Assembly: GCA_965238005.1 (NCBI GenBank)
Contig: OZ250165.1
Coordinates: 4,352,001 to 4,416,000, forward strand
Source: Longimicrobiales bacterium
GTDB taxonomy: Bacteria > Gemmatimonadota > Gemmatimonadetes > Longimicrobiales > Gaopeijiaceae
Reading direction: 5' to 3'
DNA length: 64,000 bases
Position numbers and translations under genes: made by a program. The notes beneath the pieces were generated by a model. It was given only the letters and a program-made list of their open reading frames with translations, was not told the DNA's origin and ran no database searches. Below, piece after piece: positions 18,299-28,365 of the stretch (its first letter is position 1; the number at the start of each line of letters is the position of its first letter).

Positions 18299-19210
18299 AT
18301 GGGAGGTCCTGCCGTGTTCGCTCTCCGCAGGGGCGTGGTGCGCGCCCTCGCGTTGCTCGTTCTCGTATGCTGCACGGCCTGTGGCAGCGGCGAGGACGAT
18401 CCTTTCGATCCCCCTTCCGACACCGGAACCGCACCCGACACCGAGACCGACCCGGCGATCCCCCCCGTCACGTCCGGCACCTGGTATCGGCCGCCCGTGA
18501 CCACGACCTGGCAGTGGCAGCTCCAGGGGGACGTGAACATCGGGTACGACGTCGCGCTCTACGAGCTGGATCTGGTCGAGACGCCCGCCTCGGTCGTCGC
18601 AGCCCTGAAGGCCTCCGGACGCCGGCTGCTCTGCTACTTCTCGGCCGGTTCCTGGGAGGACTTCCGGCCTGACGCCGGGCAGTTTCCCTCGTCCGCTCTC
18701 GGCTCGGTGTGTTCGGGGTTTGAGGACGAACGCTGGCTGGACGTGCGTTCCCCGGAGGTCATGACGCTCATGAAGGCTCGCCTGGACCTCGCCGTCCAAC
18801 GCGGCTGTGACGGGGTCGAGGCAGACAATGTGGACGGTTTCGAGAACGCGACGGGATTCCCCCTGACGGCAGCCGACCAACTGGCGTTCAACCGTACGCT
18901 GTACAACGAAGCCCATGGCCGCGGGCTCGCGGTCGCGATGAAGAACGACGTGGGCCAGGTCGCCGATCTCCTCGAGTACGTGGATCTGCACGTGAGCGAG
19001 CGGTGCCACGAGTTAGACGAGTGCGGTCTCCTCGATCCGTTCATCGCCCAGGGCAAGCCCGTGCTCAACGCGGAGTATCTCCAGCAGTACGTGGCGGACG
19101 CAGCGGCACGGGACGCGATGTGCGCCTCGGCGCGGGGACGCGGACTTCGCACGCTCGTCTTACCTGAGGACTTGGACGATGCCTTCCGCTTCAGCTGCGA
19201 TTCCACCTGA
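18299..19210 (+). CDS. GH114 endo-alpha-1,4-polygalactosaminidase-like lipoprotein
   Basis: TAC lipobox; WQWQL, CYFSAGSWEDFRPD, GCDGVEADNVDG, KND, GKPVLNAEY. Confidence 0.88.
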   Translation: MGGPAVFALRRGVVRALALLVLVCCTACGSGEDDPFDPPSDTGTAPDTETDPAIPPVTSGTWYRPPVTTTWQWQLQGDVNIGYDVALYELDLVETPASVVAALKASGRRLLCYFSAGSWEDFRPDAGQFPSSALGSVCSGFEDERWLDVRSPEVMTLMKARLDLAVQRGCDGVEADNVDGFENATGFPLTAADQLAFNRTLYNEAHGRGLAVAMKNDVGQVADLLEYVDLHVSERCHELDECGLLDPFIAQGKPVLNAEYLQQYVADAAARDAMCASARGRGLRTLVLPEDLDDAFRFSCDST

Positions 19211-19235
19211 AGCGTCGCTTCGCTCCGCAGGGCAG

Positions 19236-19781
19236 CTACCGTCGCCTCTCCAGATCGCCTCGACCCTCGCCTGCGCTTCTGCCACCACGGGCTGCACTTC
19301 CGGATCCGCGTCCGTGAGCGCTTTTCGTATGACGACCGAACGGTGGCAGCTGGCACTCACGCGCGACCTCGTCCACCTCGCCTATACTCGATCTCGAGGG
19401 AGACTCGAGCCAGAGGTCGATGGCGTGATCGGCGTCGGGAACCGTCAGGTCAGGCCGCCGGGAGAGACCCAGCGTCACCTCCAGAACCTCTCCCTCGCCT
19501 CTTTCCTTCAGCTCGAGGTGGACGATCTCATGAGCGAGGTCCCGCCCGCCGATCGTGGGCTGGTTCGCACTTCGTCGAGAGTTTCGGACGCCCACGAGGT
19601 CGCGGCCGTCCTGCTGGTCACCGTAGAACTCGAAACCGAGCTCGACGAATCTTTCCTTCGCGCACGATATGGACTCGAGGTCGCCGTTCGCCCGCGTCGT
19701 GTACGGCACGGGGACATTGAGCCCGCGAGGATAGCAGGCTGTCATCATCGGGACGGCCGTGGCCAGGAGGACCCATCGCAT
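19236..19781 (-). CDS. Hypothetical lipoprotein
   Basis: 181 aa; MRWVLLATAVPMMTAC lipobox. Confidence 0.55.
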   Translation of the reverse strand: MRWVLLATAVPMMTACYPRGLNVPVPYTTRANGDLESISCAKERFVELGFEFYGDQQDGRDLVGVRNSRRSANQPTIGGRDLAHEIVHLELKERGEGEVLEVTLGLSRRPDLTVPDADHAIDLWLESPSRSSIGEVDEVARECQLPPFGRHTKSAHGRGSGSAARGGRSAGEGRGDLERRR

Positions 19782-19881
19782 CGGTAGCTGCTCGCTCGTC
19801 GAGGCGCCGTCTACCGACCCCGCCCTGCCGGCGGATCGTAGAGGTCACCGTATCGCTCTACACGAGGCCGGCGTTGGGGTT

Positions 19882-20568
19882 CTATCGCTCCGGTGTTCGA
19901 GCGATCCAGATGACGTGGCGAGCACCTTTCCCACCGTGCGCCCGAACCCGGACCTCGTCTACCGCGAAACCGGCCTTGCGCAGGCGTTTGCCGAACGCGC
20001 GGTCCGGACCGGCCGACCACACCGCGAGCATGCTCTTTGGCCGGAGTGCCTCGTAGGACGCGTTCAGCCCTGCCCTCGAGTAGAGCCAATCATTGCCCTC
20101 CTGGGTCAATCCGTCCGGGCCGTTGTCGACGTCCAACAAGATGGCGTCGAAGGACCGCGCCTCCGCCGTCAGCATGATGGCGACGTCGACCTCGTGAACG
20201 GTGACCCGTTCATCCCGGAGAGGATGACCGGCGTGCTCCCCGACGGGGCCTCGGTTCCACTCGACCACCGCCGGCACCAACTCGGCCACCAACACCTCGG
20301 CGTCGTGCCCGAGGTGGCGCAGCGCAGAAGCAAGCGTGAATCCCATGCCCAAACCGCCGATCAGCACGCGGGGCCGCTCGCGGCCGGCGACCTCGGTGCA
20401 CGCGATCTCGGCCAGCGCGTCCGCGGACCCGTGGGTTCGAGTGCTCATCAGGTCCTGGCCGCCCACGACCCTGATCAAGAAGTCCTCGCCGTGCTGGTAG
20501 AGACCGAGCTCACCGCCGTCGCCCGGTATCGGTGCAGTATCGAGCAATGTCACGCGGTTTCTCAACAT
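19882..20568 (-). CDS. Spermidine synthase-like class I SAM-binding protein
   Basis: VLIGGLGMGFT, AELVP, FDAILLDVDNGP, LAVWS. Confidence 0.85.
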   Translation of the reverse strand: MLRNRVTLLDTAPIPGDGGELGLYQHGEDFLIRVVGGQDLMSTRTHGSADALAEIACTEVAGRERPRVLIGGLGMGFTLASALRHLGHDAEVLVAELVPAVVEWNRGPVGEHAGHPLRDERVTVHEVDVAIMLTAEARSFDAILLDVDNGPDGLTQEGNDWLYSRAGLNASYEALRPKSMLAVWSAGPDRAFGKRLRKAGFAVDEVRVRAHGGKGARHVIWIARTPER

Positions 20569-20650
20569 GTCACGGGGAGCCCGGCCAACGAGGATGGACG
20601 ACTTCGCTTCACTCCACTGCAGCTACTAAGGTAGTCATGCGAGGCCTGCT

Positions 20651-20742
20651 GTTGCGAATCGTAGCTCGTATACGCTGCATATTGTAGTTCAAGATTGTTG
20701 TATATTGAAGTGTGATATCGTTGCGAATTGGAGTATAAGAGC
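20651..20742 (+). repeat. 4 x 23-bp degenerate tandem repeat, AT-rich
   Basis: gttgcgaatcgtagctcgtatac / gctgcatattgtagttcaagatt / gttgtatattgaagtgtgatatc / gttgcgaattggagtataagagc, followed by gtt. Confidence 0.65.
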
Positions 20743-20805
20743 GTTATCCTCCTTTATATACCTAACCTGGACGCCCCGGGAATCTTACCAGTCGAGGCAT
20801 CCATA

Positions 20806-22056
20806 ATGGTCTACCATCCCCGCATCGTGGACCGGGAACTGCAACGGCGCCTCGCTTCGATGGGGGCCGTTGTCATCGAAGGTCCGAAGGCGTGCGGGAA
20901 GACAGCTACCGCCCGGCAGGTGTCCAGGAGCGAAGTGTTGCTGGACGTCGACCAGAACGCACGCCGAGCCGCGTCGGTGGATCCTGCCCTCGTGCTGGAC
21001 GGGGAGGTGCCTCGCCTCATTGACGAGTGGCAGATCGAACCGGAGATCTGGAACCACATCCGCCGTGTTGTCGACGACCGGGACGAGCCCGGACAGTTCG
21101 TTCTCACAGGGTCTGCCGTCCCCGCCGACGACGTGATCCGCCATACCGGGGCCGGGCGCTTGACCCGGTTGCGGATGCGGCCGATGAGCCTCTTCGAGAC
21201 CGGCGACGCCACTGGCGAGGTTTCGCTCCGACAGCTTCTTGACGGCGTGCCAGCCCGGGCCGCGGACCCCGGGATGACCGTTGCCACCCTCGTGAACAAG
21301 GCTGCCGTCGGTGGATGGCCTGGCCACCTGGGGCGCGGCGTCGATGAGGGACTCGAAGCGGTGCGCTCCTACTTGGACGAAGTCCGAAGGGTAGACATCG
21401 GCCGGGTCGATCAGACCCAGCGAGACCCACGGAGCGTCGGCCTGCTGCTGGCATCCTTGGGGCGCAATGTAGCCACGTATGTCAGCATATCGACCCTGGC
21501 GGCCGATGCGGGCGGCGCGGACGGGCCACTAGCCCGGACCACGGTGCGGGACTACCTGGCGGCACTGGCGCGGCTCATGATCACCGAGGACCAACCGACA
21601 TGGGCCCCGCACCTGCGCTCGAGATCCAGGCTGAGGAAGGCATCGAAGCGCCATTTCGTGGATCCGTCCCTGGCCGTGGCCGCAATCGGCGCCTCACCGG
21701 ACACCCTGCTGGACGACCTGGACTTGTTCGGCTTCGTCTTCGAGTCCCTCGTCGTCCGTGACCTGAGGGTCTATGCTCAGGCGGCGGACGCCGAGGTCCT
21801 TCAGTACCGGGACAACACGGGACTGGAGGTGGATGCCATCATCCGGGCGAGGGACGGCCGTTGGGCCGCCTTCGAGGTCAAGCTGGGCCACCGGCGGGTG
21901 GACGAAGGAGCAAGGAATCTCTTGAAGTTCCGCGATCGAGTGGACGCACACCGATTGGGCCAGCCCGGGGCACTGGCCGTCATCGTCCCCACCGGGTACA
22001 GCTACGCACGGGACGACGGAGTGGCGGTGCTATCCATGGGGACGCTGGGGCCCTAG
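20806..22056 (+). CDS. AAA_14 ATPase with DUF4143 (PD-(D/E)XK-like) C-terminus
   Basis: GPKACGKT Walker A, LIDEWQ Walker B, LTGSA, KRHFVDPSLA, GFVFESLV, YRD..GLEVD...FEVKLG. Confidence 0.9.
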   Translation: MVYHPRIVDRELQRRLASMGAVVIEGPKACGKTATARQVSRSEVLLDVDQNARRAASVDPALVLDGEVPRLIDEWQIEPEIWNHIRRVVDDRDEPGQFVLTGSAVPADDVIRHTGAGRLTRLRMRPMSLFETGDATGEVSLRQLLDGVPARAADPGMTVATLVNKAAVGGWPGHLGRGVDEGLEAVRSYLDEVRRVDIGRVDQTQRDPRSVGLLLASLGRNVATYVSISTLAADAGGADGPLARTTVRDYLAALARLMITEDQPTWAPHLRSRSRLRKASKRHFVDPSLAVAAIGASPDTLLDDLDLFGFVFESLVVRDLRVYAQAADAEVLQYRDNTGLEVDAIIRARDGRWAAFEVKLGHRRVDEGARNLLKFRDRVDAHRLGQPGALAVIVPTGYSYARDDGVAVLSMGTLGP

Positions 22057-22187
22057 TCGATTACAACCGCGGTGCACCGCACCAGTCGCCGCGTCATATA
22101 GCTGGAATCAGCCGGACGGGTTAGTCTGCCCGTCCAACCATTTGCAAAGGAAGTGGATCGTGCGGAGAGGATGGATGTGCGGGACCA

Positions 22188-22288
22188 CTAAAACGATCGA
22201 GTACCTAGTGCGCGGTCGTGGAGAGATGACCGTGACGTACTCGGCGCTGAAGGGTGGGACGGTGACGGCGACGTTGCAGGTCCGGTAG
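22188..22288 (+). pseudogene. Orphan C-terminal fragment, similar to M14 peptidase ends
   Basis: TKTIEYLVRGRGEMTVTYSALKGGTVTATLQVR* resembles the AEKAGTVRRTLEL end of the 28366-29676 peptidase. Confidence 0.4.
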
Positions 22289-22296
22289 GCTGTCGC

Positions 22297-24024
22297 ATGT
22301 TCGGAAGTCCAGTGGGCTGGCGCGTTAGGCTGCTGTTTCCGCTCCTGCTCGGCACGTCCTCGGTCCTGCAGGCCCAGGTCGACGAGGAGCTCGTGCGCGC
22401 CTACCTATGGCCGCACAACACCGCCGAGTTCGAGCGGGCCGAAGCCGTCCTTCGCACCGCCACGTGGACGACGGCAGCGAGCCGCGCAGACATACGCGAC
22501 CTCGCTGAGATCATGCGCTCGGGACCACCGGTTACGCCGGGCCAGACACCGACCCTGGGAGACTCCCTGAACGCAATCATCGTTTCGACCCGTGGCGGCC
22601 GGAGCGTGCCCGTCTGGGTTCGCCTCCCCGGCGACTACACGCCCGATCGCCAGTGGCCGCTGATGTTCGCCATGCACGGTGGACCGCCGGGAAGCGTGGA
22701 AGGCGCCATTGGTAGCGCCCTGCTCATGATCCAGGTGTGGGGCGAGGCAGCCGAGACCGCCGGCTGGATCGTAGCTTCGCCGGCCATGGTCGACGTCGTC
22801 TCACGAGACGGGCGCACGCAGGAACGGTTCCCCTACGAGATCTTCCAGCCTGAGGAAGCGCGGGCGGTCATCGATGCGGTGCGCGCCCGATCCAGCATCA
22901 ACCCGGATCGGATCGTCTCCACTGGGATCTCTCTCGGCTCGAACTTCTCCATCGCATACGCCGCCGCGCACCCGGATTGGTTCTCCGCGATCGTCCCGGT
23001 CTCCACGGAGGGCGAGTCCCGCGAGCACTTGCTGCGCAATGTCGTGCCGGTGCCCGTCTACGTCCTGGAGGGCTCGCAGGATCGCAACATCCGGGGCGTG
23101 GGCGGCCCACGCGCGATGAACGACATCCTCACCGCCTTGGGGAGCGACCTGGTCTATCGTGAGTTCAGCGACCGGGCCCATGAGGGGTTCCGAGAGCACT
23201 ATCCCGCCGTGCTGCAGTGGCTGGACAGCCGCCCTCGCCGGACGGACCCGCAGGAAGTGCTGCGCGTGCCGCATGCCGGGATCACAGGCACGAGCCGGCG
23301 GGTGCACTGGGTCGAATCCCGGGACCGGCGGGGGCTCGTACGCGCGCGTGTCACGAGCCCGACCGAGATCCAGATCACGGCCCGTTGGACCGGCGCGGTC
23401 CGCCTTCACCTCAACGACCGGCTCGTCGATCTGGACCGAGCGATCACGGTCCTCGTGAACGGGCAGAGGGTGTTCGAGGGAAGACTCGAGCGCTCGATCC
23501 TCACGGCGCTCGAAGGAGCGCGTGAGCTGAAGGACGAACGTCGGGTCTATCCGGTCCGGCTGGACGTAGAAGTCCCGCGCACGGCTGCCTCGATCGAGGC
23601 GGGGACCGCGCTCTGGACGGAGCTCGAGCCTACTCACGGCGAGGGTATTCTCTCCTTCTGGGAGATGTACGCCGTGCGAGCGCTCGAGGAACGGTTCGAG
23701 AGCGTGGGGTTCAGCGGGGAGGAGGCACCACTTCCGAGAGGCCTCGAGCCCACCGCGCCCGAACAACTCGCGATCCGGGTCACGGATGTGGACGGTGGGA
23801 GTGGCGCTGCCCAGGCCGGTTTGCGATCCGGGGACGTGCTGGTCGGCTTTGGGGACGAGCCCTTTTTCAGCGGCCGAGGTGGCGTGGCGGGCCTCCATCA
23901 CTGGCTCGTGCGCGAGCTGAGAACGCACGCCCGGGAGTACGAGCTGCTCGTGTGGCGCGAGGGCCGTCCCGTGACGCTCTTGGGCGGATTCGCACTGGGG
24001 CCCTACCGGCCACCCACCAACTGA
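22297..24024 (+). CDS. Secreted alpha/beta-hydrolase with C-terminal PDZ-like domain
   Basis: Signal peptide; PLMFAMHGG, GISLG nucleophile elbow, GSQD, HEG; VDGGSGAAQAGLRSGDVL. Confidence 0.8.
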   Translation: MFGSPVGWRVRLLFPLLLGTSSVLQAQVDEELVRAYLWPHNTAEFERAEAVLRTATWTTAASRADIRDLAEIMRSGPPVTPGQTPTLGDSLNAIIVSTRGGRSVPVWVRLPGDYTPDRQWPLMFAMHGGPPGSVEGAIGSALLMIQVWGEAAETAGWIVASPAMVDVVSRDGRTQERFPYEIFQPEEARAVIDAVRARSSINPDRIVSTGISLGSNFSIAYAAAHPDWFSAIVPVSTEGESREHLLRNVVPVPVYVLEGSQDRNIRGVGGPRAMNDILTALGSDLVYREFSDRAHEGFREHYPAVLQWLDSRPRRTDPQEVLRVPHAGITGTSRRVHWVESRDRRGLVRARVTSPTEIQITARWTGAVRLHLNDRLVDLDRAITVLVNGQRVFEGRLERSILTALEGARELKDERRVYPVRLDVEVPRTAASIEAGTALWTELEPTHGEGILSFWEMYAVRALEERFESVGFSGEEAPLPRGLEPTAPEQLAIRVTDVDGGSGAAQAGLRSGDVLVGFGDEPFFSGRGGVAGLHHWLVRELRTHAREYELLVWREGRPVTLLGGFALGPYRPPTN

Positions 24025-24246
24025 CGCCACGCTTCATGCGATGCTCCTGGTGGTGGCGGAGACACCGCCCCCCTGAGGCGTTGCGCCGAAAGCGCGGGGC
24101 GGGGTCTATTCCCACCATTGCATCGATCCAGCCACCCATTCGGGGATCCGTCTCCTGGGTGACACCCTCACGGGCTGGGCCACCCAGTGGACCGCCTTCG
24201 GCTTCATCGCAGCAGACGCCGAGCTGGAAAACAACAGGGAACAAAC

Positions 24247-24279
24247 TTGACAGAAGGCTCGTTATGTTGTATATACATC
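24247..24279 (+). promoter_or_regulatory. sigma70-like promoter with overlapping MarR operator
   Basis: TTGACA (24247-24252), 17 nt, TATATA; TGTTGTATATACATC box at 24265-24279, repeated exactly at 24831-24845. Confidence 0.65.
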
Positions 24280-24352
24280 TTACAACGACAATAATACTGC
24301 AAATGGGGCACATCCACGCACCAGCTGCCAACGCCGAGAGCGGACGGACGAA

Positions 24353-24811
24353 ATGACCGAAGCAACACGCCGAGCCGAAGAAGCCGTCGCCGACATGGCC
24401 GCGGAGTGCCTCGCGATGCGAACCCGTCTCATCGGCCGCACCGTTACGGGGATCTACGACGAGGCTCTTCGGCCCGTGGGCGTCACGGCCGGCCAACTGA
24501 ACATTCTCGCCGTCGTGGTGCGCCGCGGTCCGGTTTCCCCCGGCGAGGTGGCCCGACGGCTCAACATTGAGAAGTCGACGATGAGCCGTAACGTGGAGCG
24601 TATGAAGCGGAACGGCTGGCTGGCGATTCGTCCCGGCGCGTCGGCCCGCTCTCAGGAGCTCCGAGTCACGGAGTCGGGCCGGCGGATCCTCGTGGAGGCG
24701 GAGCCCCTGTGGCGTGAAGCCCAACGCCGCTCCCGCGAGATCCTCGGGGCCGGCGGGACGGAAGCGATTCACCAGTTGGACGACGCGATTCGGAATCGAA
24801 GCGCTGTGTAG
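24353..24811 (+). CDS. MarR family regulator
   Basis: CLAMRTR..YDEALRPVGVTAGQLNIL..EKSTMSRNVERMKRNGWL. Confidence 0.9.
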   Translation: MTEATRRAEEAVADMAAECLAMRTRLIGRTVTGIYDEALRPVGVTAGQLNILAVVVRRGPVSPGEVARRLNIEKSTMSRNVERMKRNGWLAIRPGASARSQELRVTESGRRILVEAEPLWREAQRRSREILGAGGTEAIHQLDDAIRNRSAV

Positions 24812-24830
24812 GGAGTTTTTTTCACACAAG

Positions 24831-24845
24831 TGTTGTATATACATC
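24831..24845. promoter_or_regulatory. Second MarR operator, upstream of NmrA gene
   Basis: Exact copy of TGTTGTATATACATC (core palindrome TGTATATACA). Confidence 0.65.
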
Positions 24846-24862
24846 ACCTAATGGAGGACATC

Positions 24863-25759
24863 ATGTCGAAGTCTCTGATTCTCGTTACCGGAGCGACGGG
24901 CAAGACCGGAAGCGCCGTGGTTCGTCAGCTGTTGGACCGCGGGTATCCAGTGAGGGCGACCGTGAGGAAGCGCGACGAGCGTGCCGACGAGTTGGAGTCG
25001 CTGGGCGCCGAGGTGGTCGTGGCGGACTTCCACGATCTGCGCTCCATGCGGGACGCCCTGGAAGGCGTAGGGCGAGTGTATTTCGTCTATCCCCCGCAGG
25101 GCGGCCGGCTCGTCGAGGCGACCGCGATCGCCGCGACCGCCGCGCAGGATGCCGGAGTCGGGGGATTCGTGAACATGTCCCAGATCTCCGCACGTGAGTA
25201 TTCGGACAGTCCCCTCGCGCGTCATCACTGGCTCTCCGAGAAGATCCTGGACTGGGCCGACGTGGGTGCGATCCACATTCGGCCGACCTTCTTCGCCGAA
25301 ATGCTCCCCATCCTCGGCGCCCAGACCATCGCCGCTCAGGGCAAGCTGTACCTGCCCTACGGCAACGAGCGCCACGCCCCCGTGGCGGCTAACGATATCG
25401 CCCGAGTCGTGGTCGGACTCCTGACAGACCCCGAGCCGCACGTCGGCGAGCGTTACGTCCTCACCGGACCGAAGAACCTGACGGTTGCCGAGATGGCCTC
25501 GGTGCTCAGCGAGGAGTTGGGCACGACGGTGGAGTACGTGGATCTCCCGGTGGACGTGTGGGGAGACGTCATTTCGGGGGTGGACGGGCTGAACGAGTTC
25601 GCCGTGACGCACCTCAAGGCCGTCGCCGTGGACCACCAGAAGGGGATCTTCAGCGGCGAGACGGACGTCGTGGAGCGGATCGGCGGACAGCCCCCGCAGT
25701 CGCTGCCGCAGTTCATTCGCGAGAACATCGACGCCTTTGGAGTGGTGAGCCATGCGTAG
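24863..25759 (+). CDS. NmrA-like NAD(P)-binding protein
   Basis: ILVTGATGKTG, IRPTFF, DIARV, LTGP; GGAGG RBS. Confidence 0.9.
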   Translation: MSKSLILVTGATGKTGSAVVRQLLDRGYPVRATVRKRDERADELESLGAEVVVADFHDLRSMRDALEGVGRVYFVYPPQGGRLVEATAIAATAAQDAGVGGFVNMSQISAREYSDSPLARHHWLSEKILDWADVGAIHIRPTFFAEMLPILGAQTIAAQGKLYLPYGNERHAPVAANDIARVVVGLLTDPEPHVGERYVLTGPKNLTVAEMASVLSEELGTTVEYVDLPVDVWGDVISGVDGLNEFAVTHLKAVAVDHQKGIFSGETDVVERIGGQPPQSLPQFIRENIDAFGVVSHA

Positions 25760-26358
25760 CCTGGCGGCGGACCCGGGCACGGTCCTGGTGACCGGCGGAT
25801 CGAGGTGACCATGCGCCCCTCGTCGAGGCCGACCCGGAGCGCCTCGAGCGAATGCTGCAACTGAACGTGCTCGGGCTGACTGGTCTGACCCGACGGCTCC
25901 TGCCGGACATGCTGTCCCGTGGCCGGGGCCGGATCCTGAACGTGGCGTCGCTGGTGGCCTATTTCCAGGGCGGGCCGAACTGGACTACGTACGTGGCGTC
26001 GAAGGCCTACGTGCTCTCCTTCACGAGGGGCCTCGCCATGGAGCTGCGGGGGACGGGCGTCTCGGCGACCGCCCTCGCCCCCGGCGCAACGGATACCGAA
26101 TTCGTCGGCCGTTCGGGACTTGGAGACGTGCGAGCGTACCGGTGGCTCCCCAAGGCGTCACCCGAACGGATCGCACACGCCGCCTACGTCGGGACGATTG
26201 CGGGCCGGGCCACGGTGATACCCGGACTGCTGAACCGCCTCCTGGCGTTCCTGGGCGAGTTGCATCCGCGGGGCGTCGCTCAGGCGGCGTTCACCTTGCT
26301 GTCCGGCTCGTCCCGTGCTCACCCTTCCGCTCTGGGCGTAGGCGGTCTAGGGTTGTAG
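25752..26358 (+). pseudogene. SDR oxidoreductase with internal deletion
   Basis: MRSLAADPGTVLVTGGSR* then, in another frame, LERMLQLNV..ILNVAS..YVASK..LAPGATDTEF; most of the Rossmann fold is missing. Confidence 0.75.
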
Positions 26359-26501
26359 TCTCCACCTGTTGAGGCGCGTTCGGATTCCTTATCCTTTGCG
26401 CCACGCCCTCCTGAGTCTTCTGCCGACGCCAGGCACACTTGATCGGGGAGGCGCGGAGCGCTCTCGCCGCTCACGGGACCGTCGCGCCCGGGGGACCACG
26501 G

Positions 26502-26582
26502 ATGAACGACGCTCGGCTTACCTACGATGTCTTCCTGAGCTACAACTGGCGGGATCACGGGGCGGTGGTTGACGGGCTGTAG
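26502..26582 (+). pseudogene. N-terminal stub of a TIR-domain protein
   Basis: MNDARLTYDVFLSYNWRDHGAVVDGL*; YDVFLSY is TIR box 1. Confidence 0.6.
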
Positions 26583-26646
26583 GCACGTGTCGAGCTAGTC
26601 TTGATCTCTCCGGGCCGCAAGCGACGTCGTACATGGGTCCCAAAAC

Positions 26647-28341
26647 ATGGGGCCCGCGCACAACACGCGTGACCCGAACGGGGGTCTCGCGACCCGGCCA
26701 CCCCTCTCCTCGCCCCATGCATTCGTGTACCTTGGGGCTCGCGCCCGTTACCCGGACATCGAGCCTCCGATCGCCCCCGACCCGACAGTCACGCCCCTCG
26801 CCGTTCTTCGCGGCGTATTCGGTTACGAGGACTTCCGCCCCGGCCAGCTAAAGGTCATCGAAGCCGTGCTCGCGGGCCGCGACTGCATCGCACTCATGCC
26901 CACCGGGGCGGGCAAGTCACTGACCTTTCAGGTGCCGGCCCGCATGTTGGACGGAACGGTGCTTGTAGTGTCTCCGCTGATCTCCCTCATGAAGGACCAG
27001 GTCGATGCGCTCGGTGATCTGGGCTTTCGGGCTGCTGCGATCAACTCGTCGCTTGAGCCGGGCGAGCGAGAGCGGAGACTCCAGGCGCTCAGAGCCGGAG
27101 AGTACGAGCTCGTCTATCTGGCCCCGGAGGGGCTCGACGGCCGCTTGAGCAGGGAGGCGGGAAACTGGCCGCTCTCGCTGCTCGTGGTGGACGAGGCCCA
27201 TTGCATCAGCCAGTGGGGCCACGATTTCCGGCCGTCGTACCGGCGGCTGCAGCGGCTCCGAGAGGCGCTGCCGGACGTGCCCGTGCTAGCGCTCACGGCA
27301 ACCGCCACGAACGCCGTGGCCCGCGACATCATCCGGCAGCTCGACATGAGCAAGCCCGCCGGTTTCAAGGGCTCGTTCTTCCGCCCCAACCTGAACATCT
27401 ACTGCAGGAAGAAGGGCACCGGACCTACGCGCCGCGAGATTTCAGGGCTGATCAAGGCGCGGTCGGGGCAGAGCGGCATCCTGTATTGCGCCTCGCGGAA
27501 GGCGGTCGATCAGATGGCCGACTTCCTCTGTGATCAGGGGGTGCGGGCGTTGCCGTATCACGCGGGAATGCAGGACGTCGATCGGGCGGCGAACCAGGAT
27601 GCTTTCGCGAGGGACGACGCCGACGTGATCGTCGCGACCATCGCCTTCGGCATGGGTATCGACAAGTCGAATGTGCGCTTCGTCATCCATCGGGATATGC
27701 CCAAGGACGTAGAGTCCTGGTATCAGGAGATGGGACGCGCGGGTCGGGACGGTCTGGATAGCGACTGCTTCCTCTTCTACTCGTGGGCCGACGTGAAGCA
27801 GCATGAGCGGTTCCTGAGCGACATCGACGACCCCGATCTCTACTGGGCGAAGATCGAGGCGGCCAAGTCCCTGTTCCGATTGGTGGAGAACGGCGGGTGC
27901 CGGCACAAGAAGATCCTCGGCCACTTCGGCGAGGAGATCGCAGCGTGCGGCACCTCGTGTGATTGGTGCACGGGTGTGAAGGCGGAGGACCTGGCGGCGG
28001 AGGGGATGATGGCCGTGGAGGTGGCAGGCCCCCGACAACGATCACCGAGGTCCTACGATCGAATCGCGGAGCCCGGGCCGCTCTCGGATGAAGGGGAGGC
28101 CCTGTTTCAGTGTCTGCGAGAGCTTCGCAAGTCGATTGCGGACCAGCAAGGTGCGCCAGCCTACATCGTGTTCAGCGACAAGACCCTTCATGCCATGGCC
28201 GAGGCACGTCCGTCCACACCGGAGGAGCTCCTGGCCGTCTCGGGTGTTGGGCCGATGAAGCTCGACCGGTACGGAGAGGCGTTCCTGGAGGTGGTGAACC
28301 GGGCCCCAACGAGGCCGGTGACGGCTGACGCCGAGGGGTAA
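26647..28341 (+). CDS. recQ: RecQ DNA helicase with HRDC domain (true start uncertain)
   Basis: [55 protein letters not shown], Zn cysteines, [11 protein letters not shown]. Confidence 0.92.
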   Translation: MGPAHNTRDPNGGLATRPPLSSPHAFVYLGARARYPDIEPPIAPDPTVTPLAVLRGVFGYEDFRPGQLKVIEAVLAGRDCIALMPTGAGKSLTFQVPARMLDGTVLVVSPLISLMKDQVDALGDLGFRAAAINSSLEPGERERRLQALRAGEYELVYLAPEGLDGRLSREAGNWPLSLLVVDEAHCISQWGHDFRPSYRRLQRLREALPDVPVLALTATATNAVARDIIRQLDMSKPAGFKGSFFRPNLNIYCRKKGTGPTRREISGLIKARSGQSGILYCASRKAVDQMADFLCDQGVRALPYHAGMQDVDRAANQDAFARDDADVIVATIAFGMGIDKSNVRFVIHRDMPKDVESWYQEMGRAGRDGLDSDCFLFYSWADVKQHERFLSDIDDPDLYWAKIEAAKSLFRLVENGGCRHKKILGHFGEEIAACGTSCDWCTGVKAEDLAAEGMMAVEVAGPRQRSPRSYDRIAEPGPLSDEGEALFQCLRELRKSIADQQGAPAYIVFSDKTLHAMAEARPSTPEELLAVSGVGPMKLDRYGEAFLEVVNRAPTRPVTADAEG

Positions 28342-28365
28342 GACAGCGAAAAAGGCACTGTGAAC

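Noticed and set aside
20651..20742. Canonical CRISPR array
   Set aside because: Period is only 23 bp with degenerate repeats; kept as a repeat array instead.
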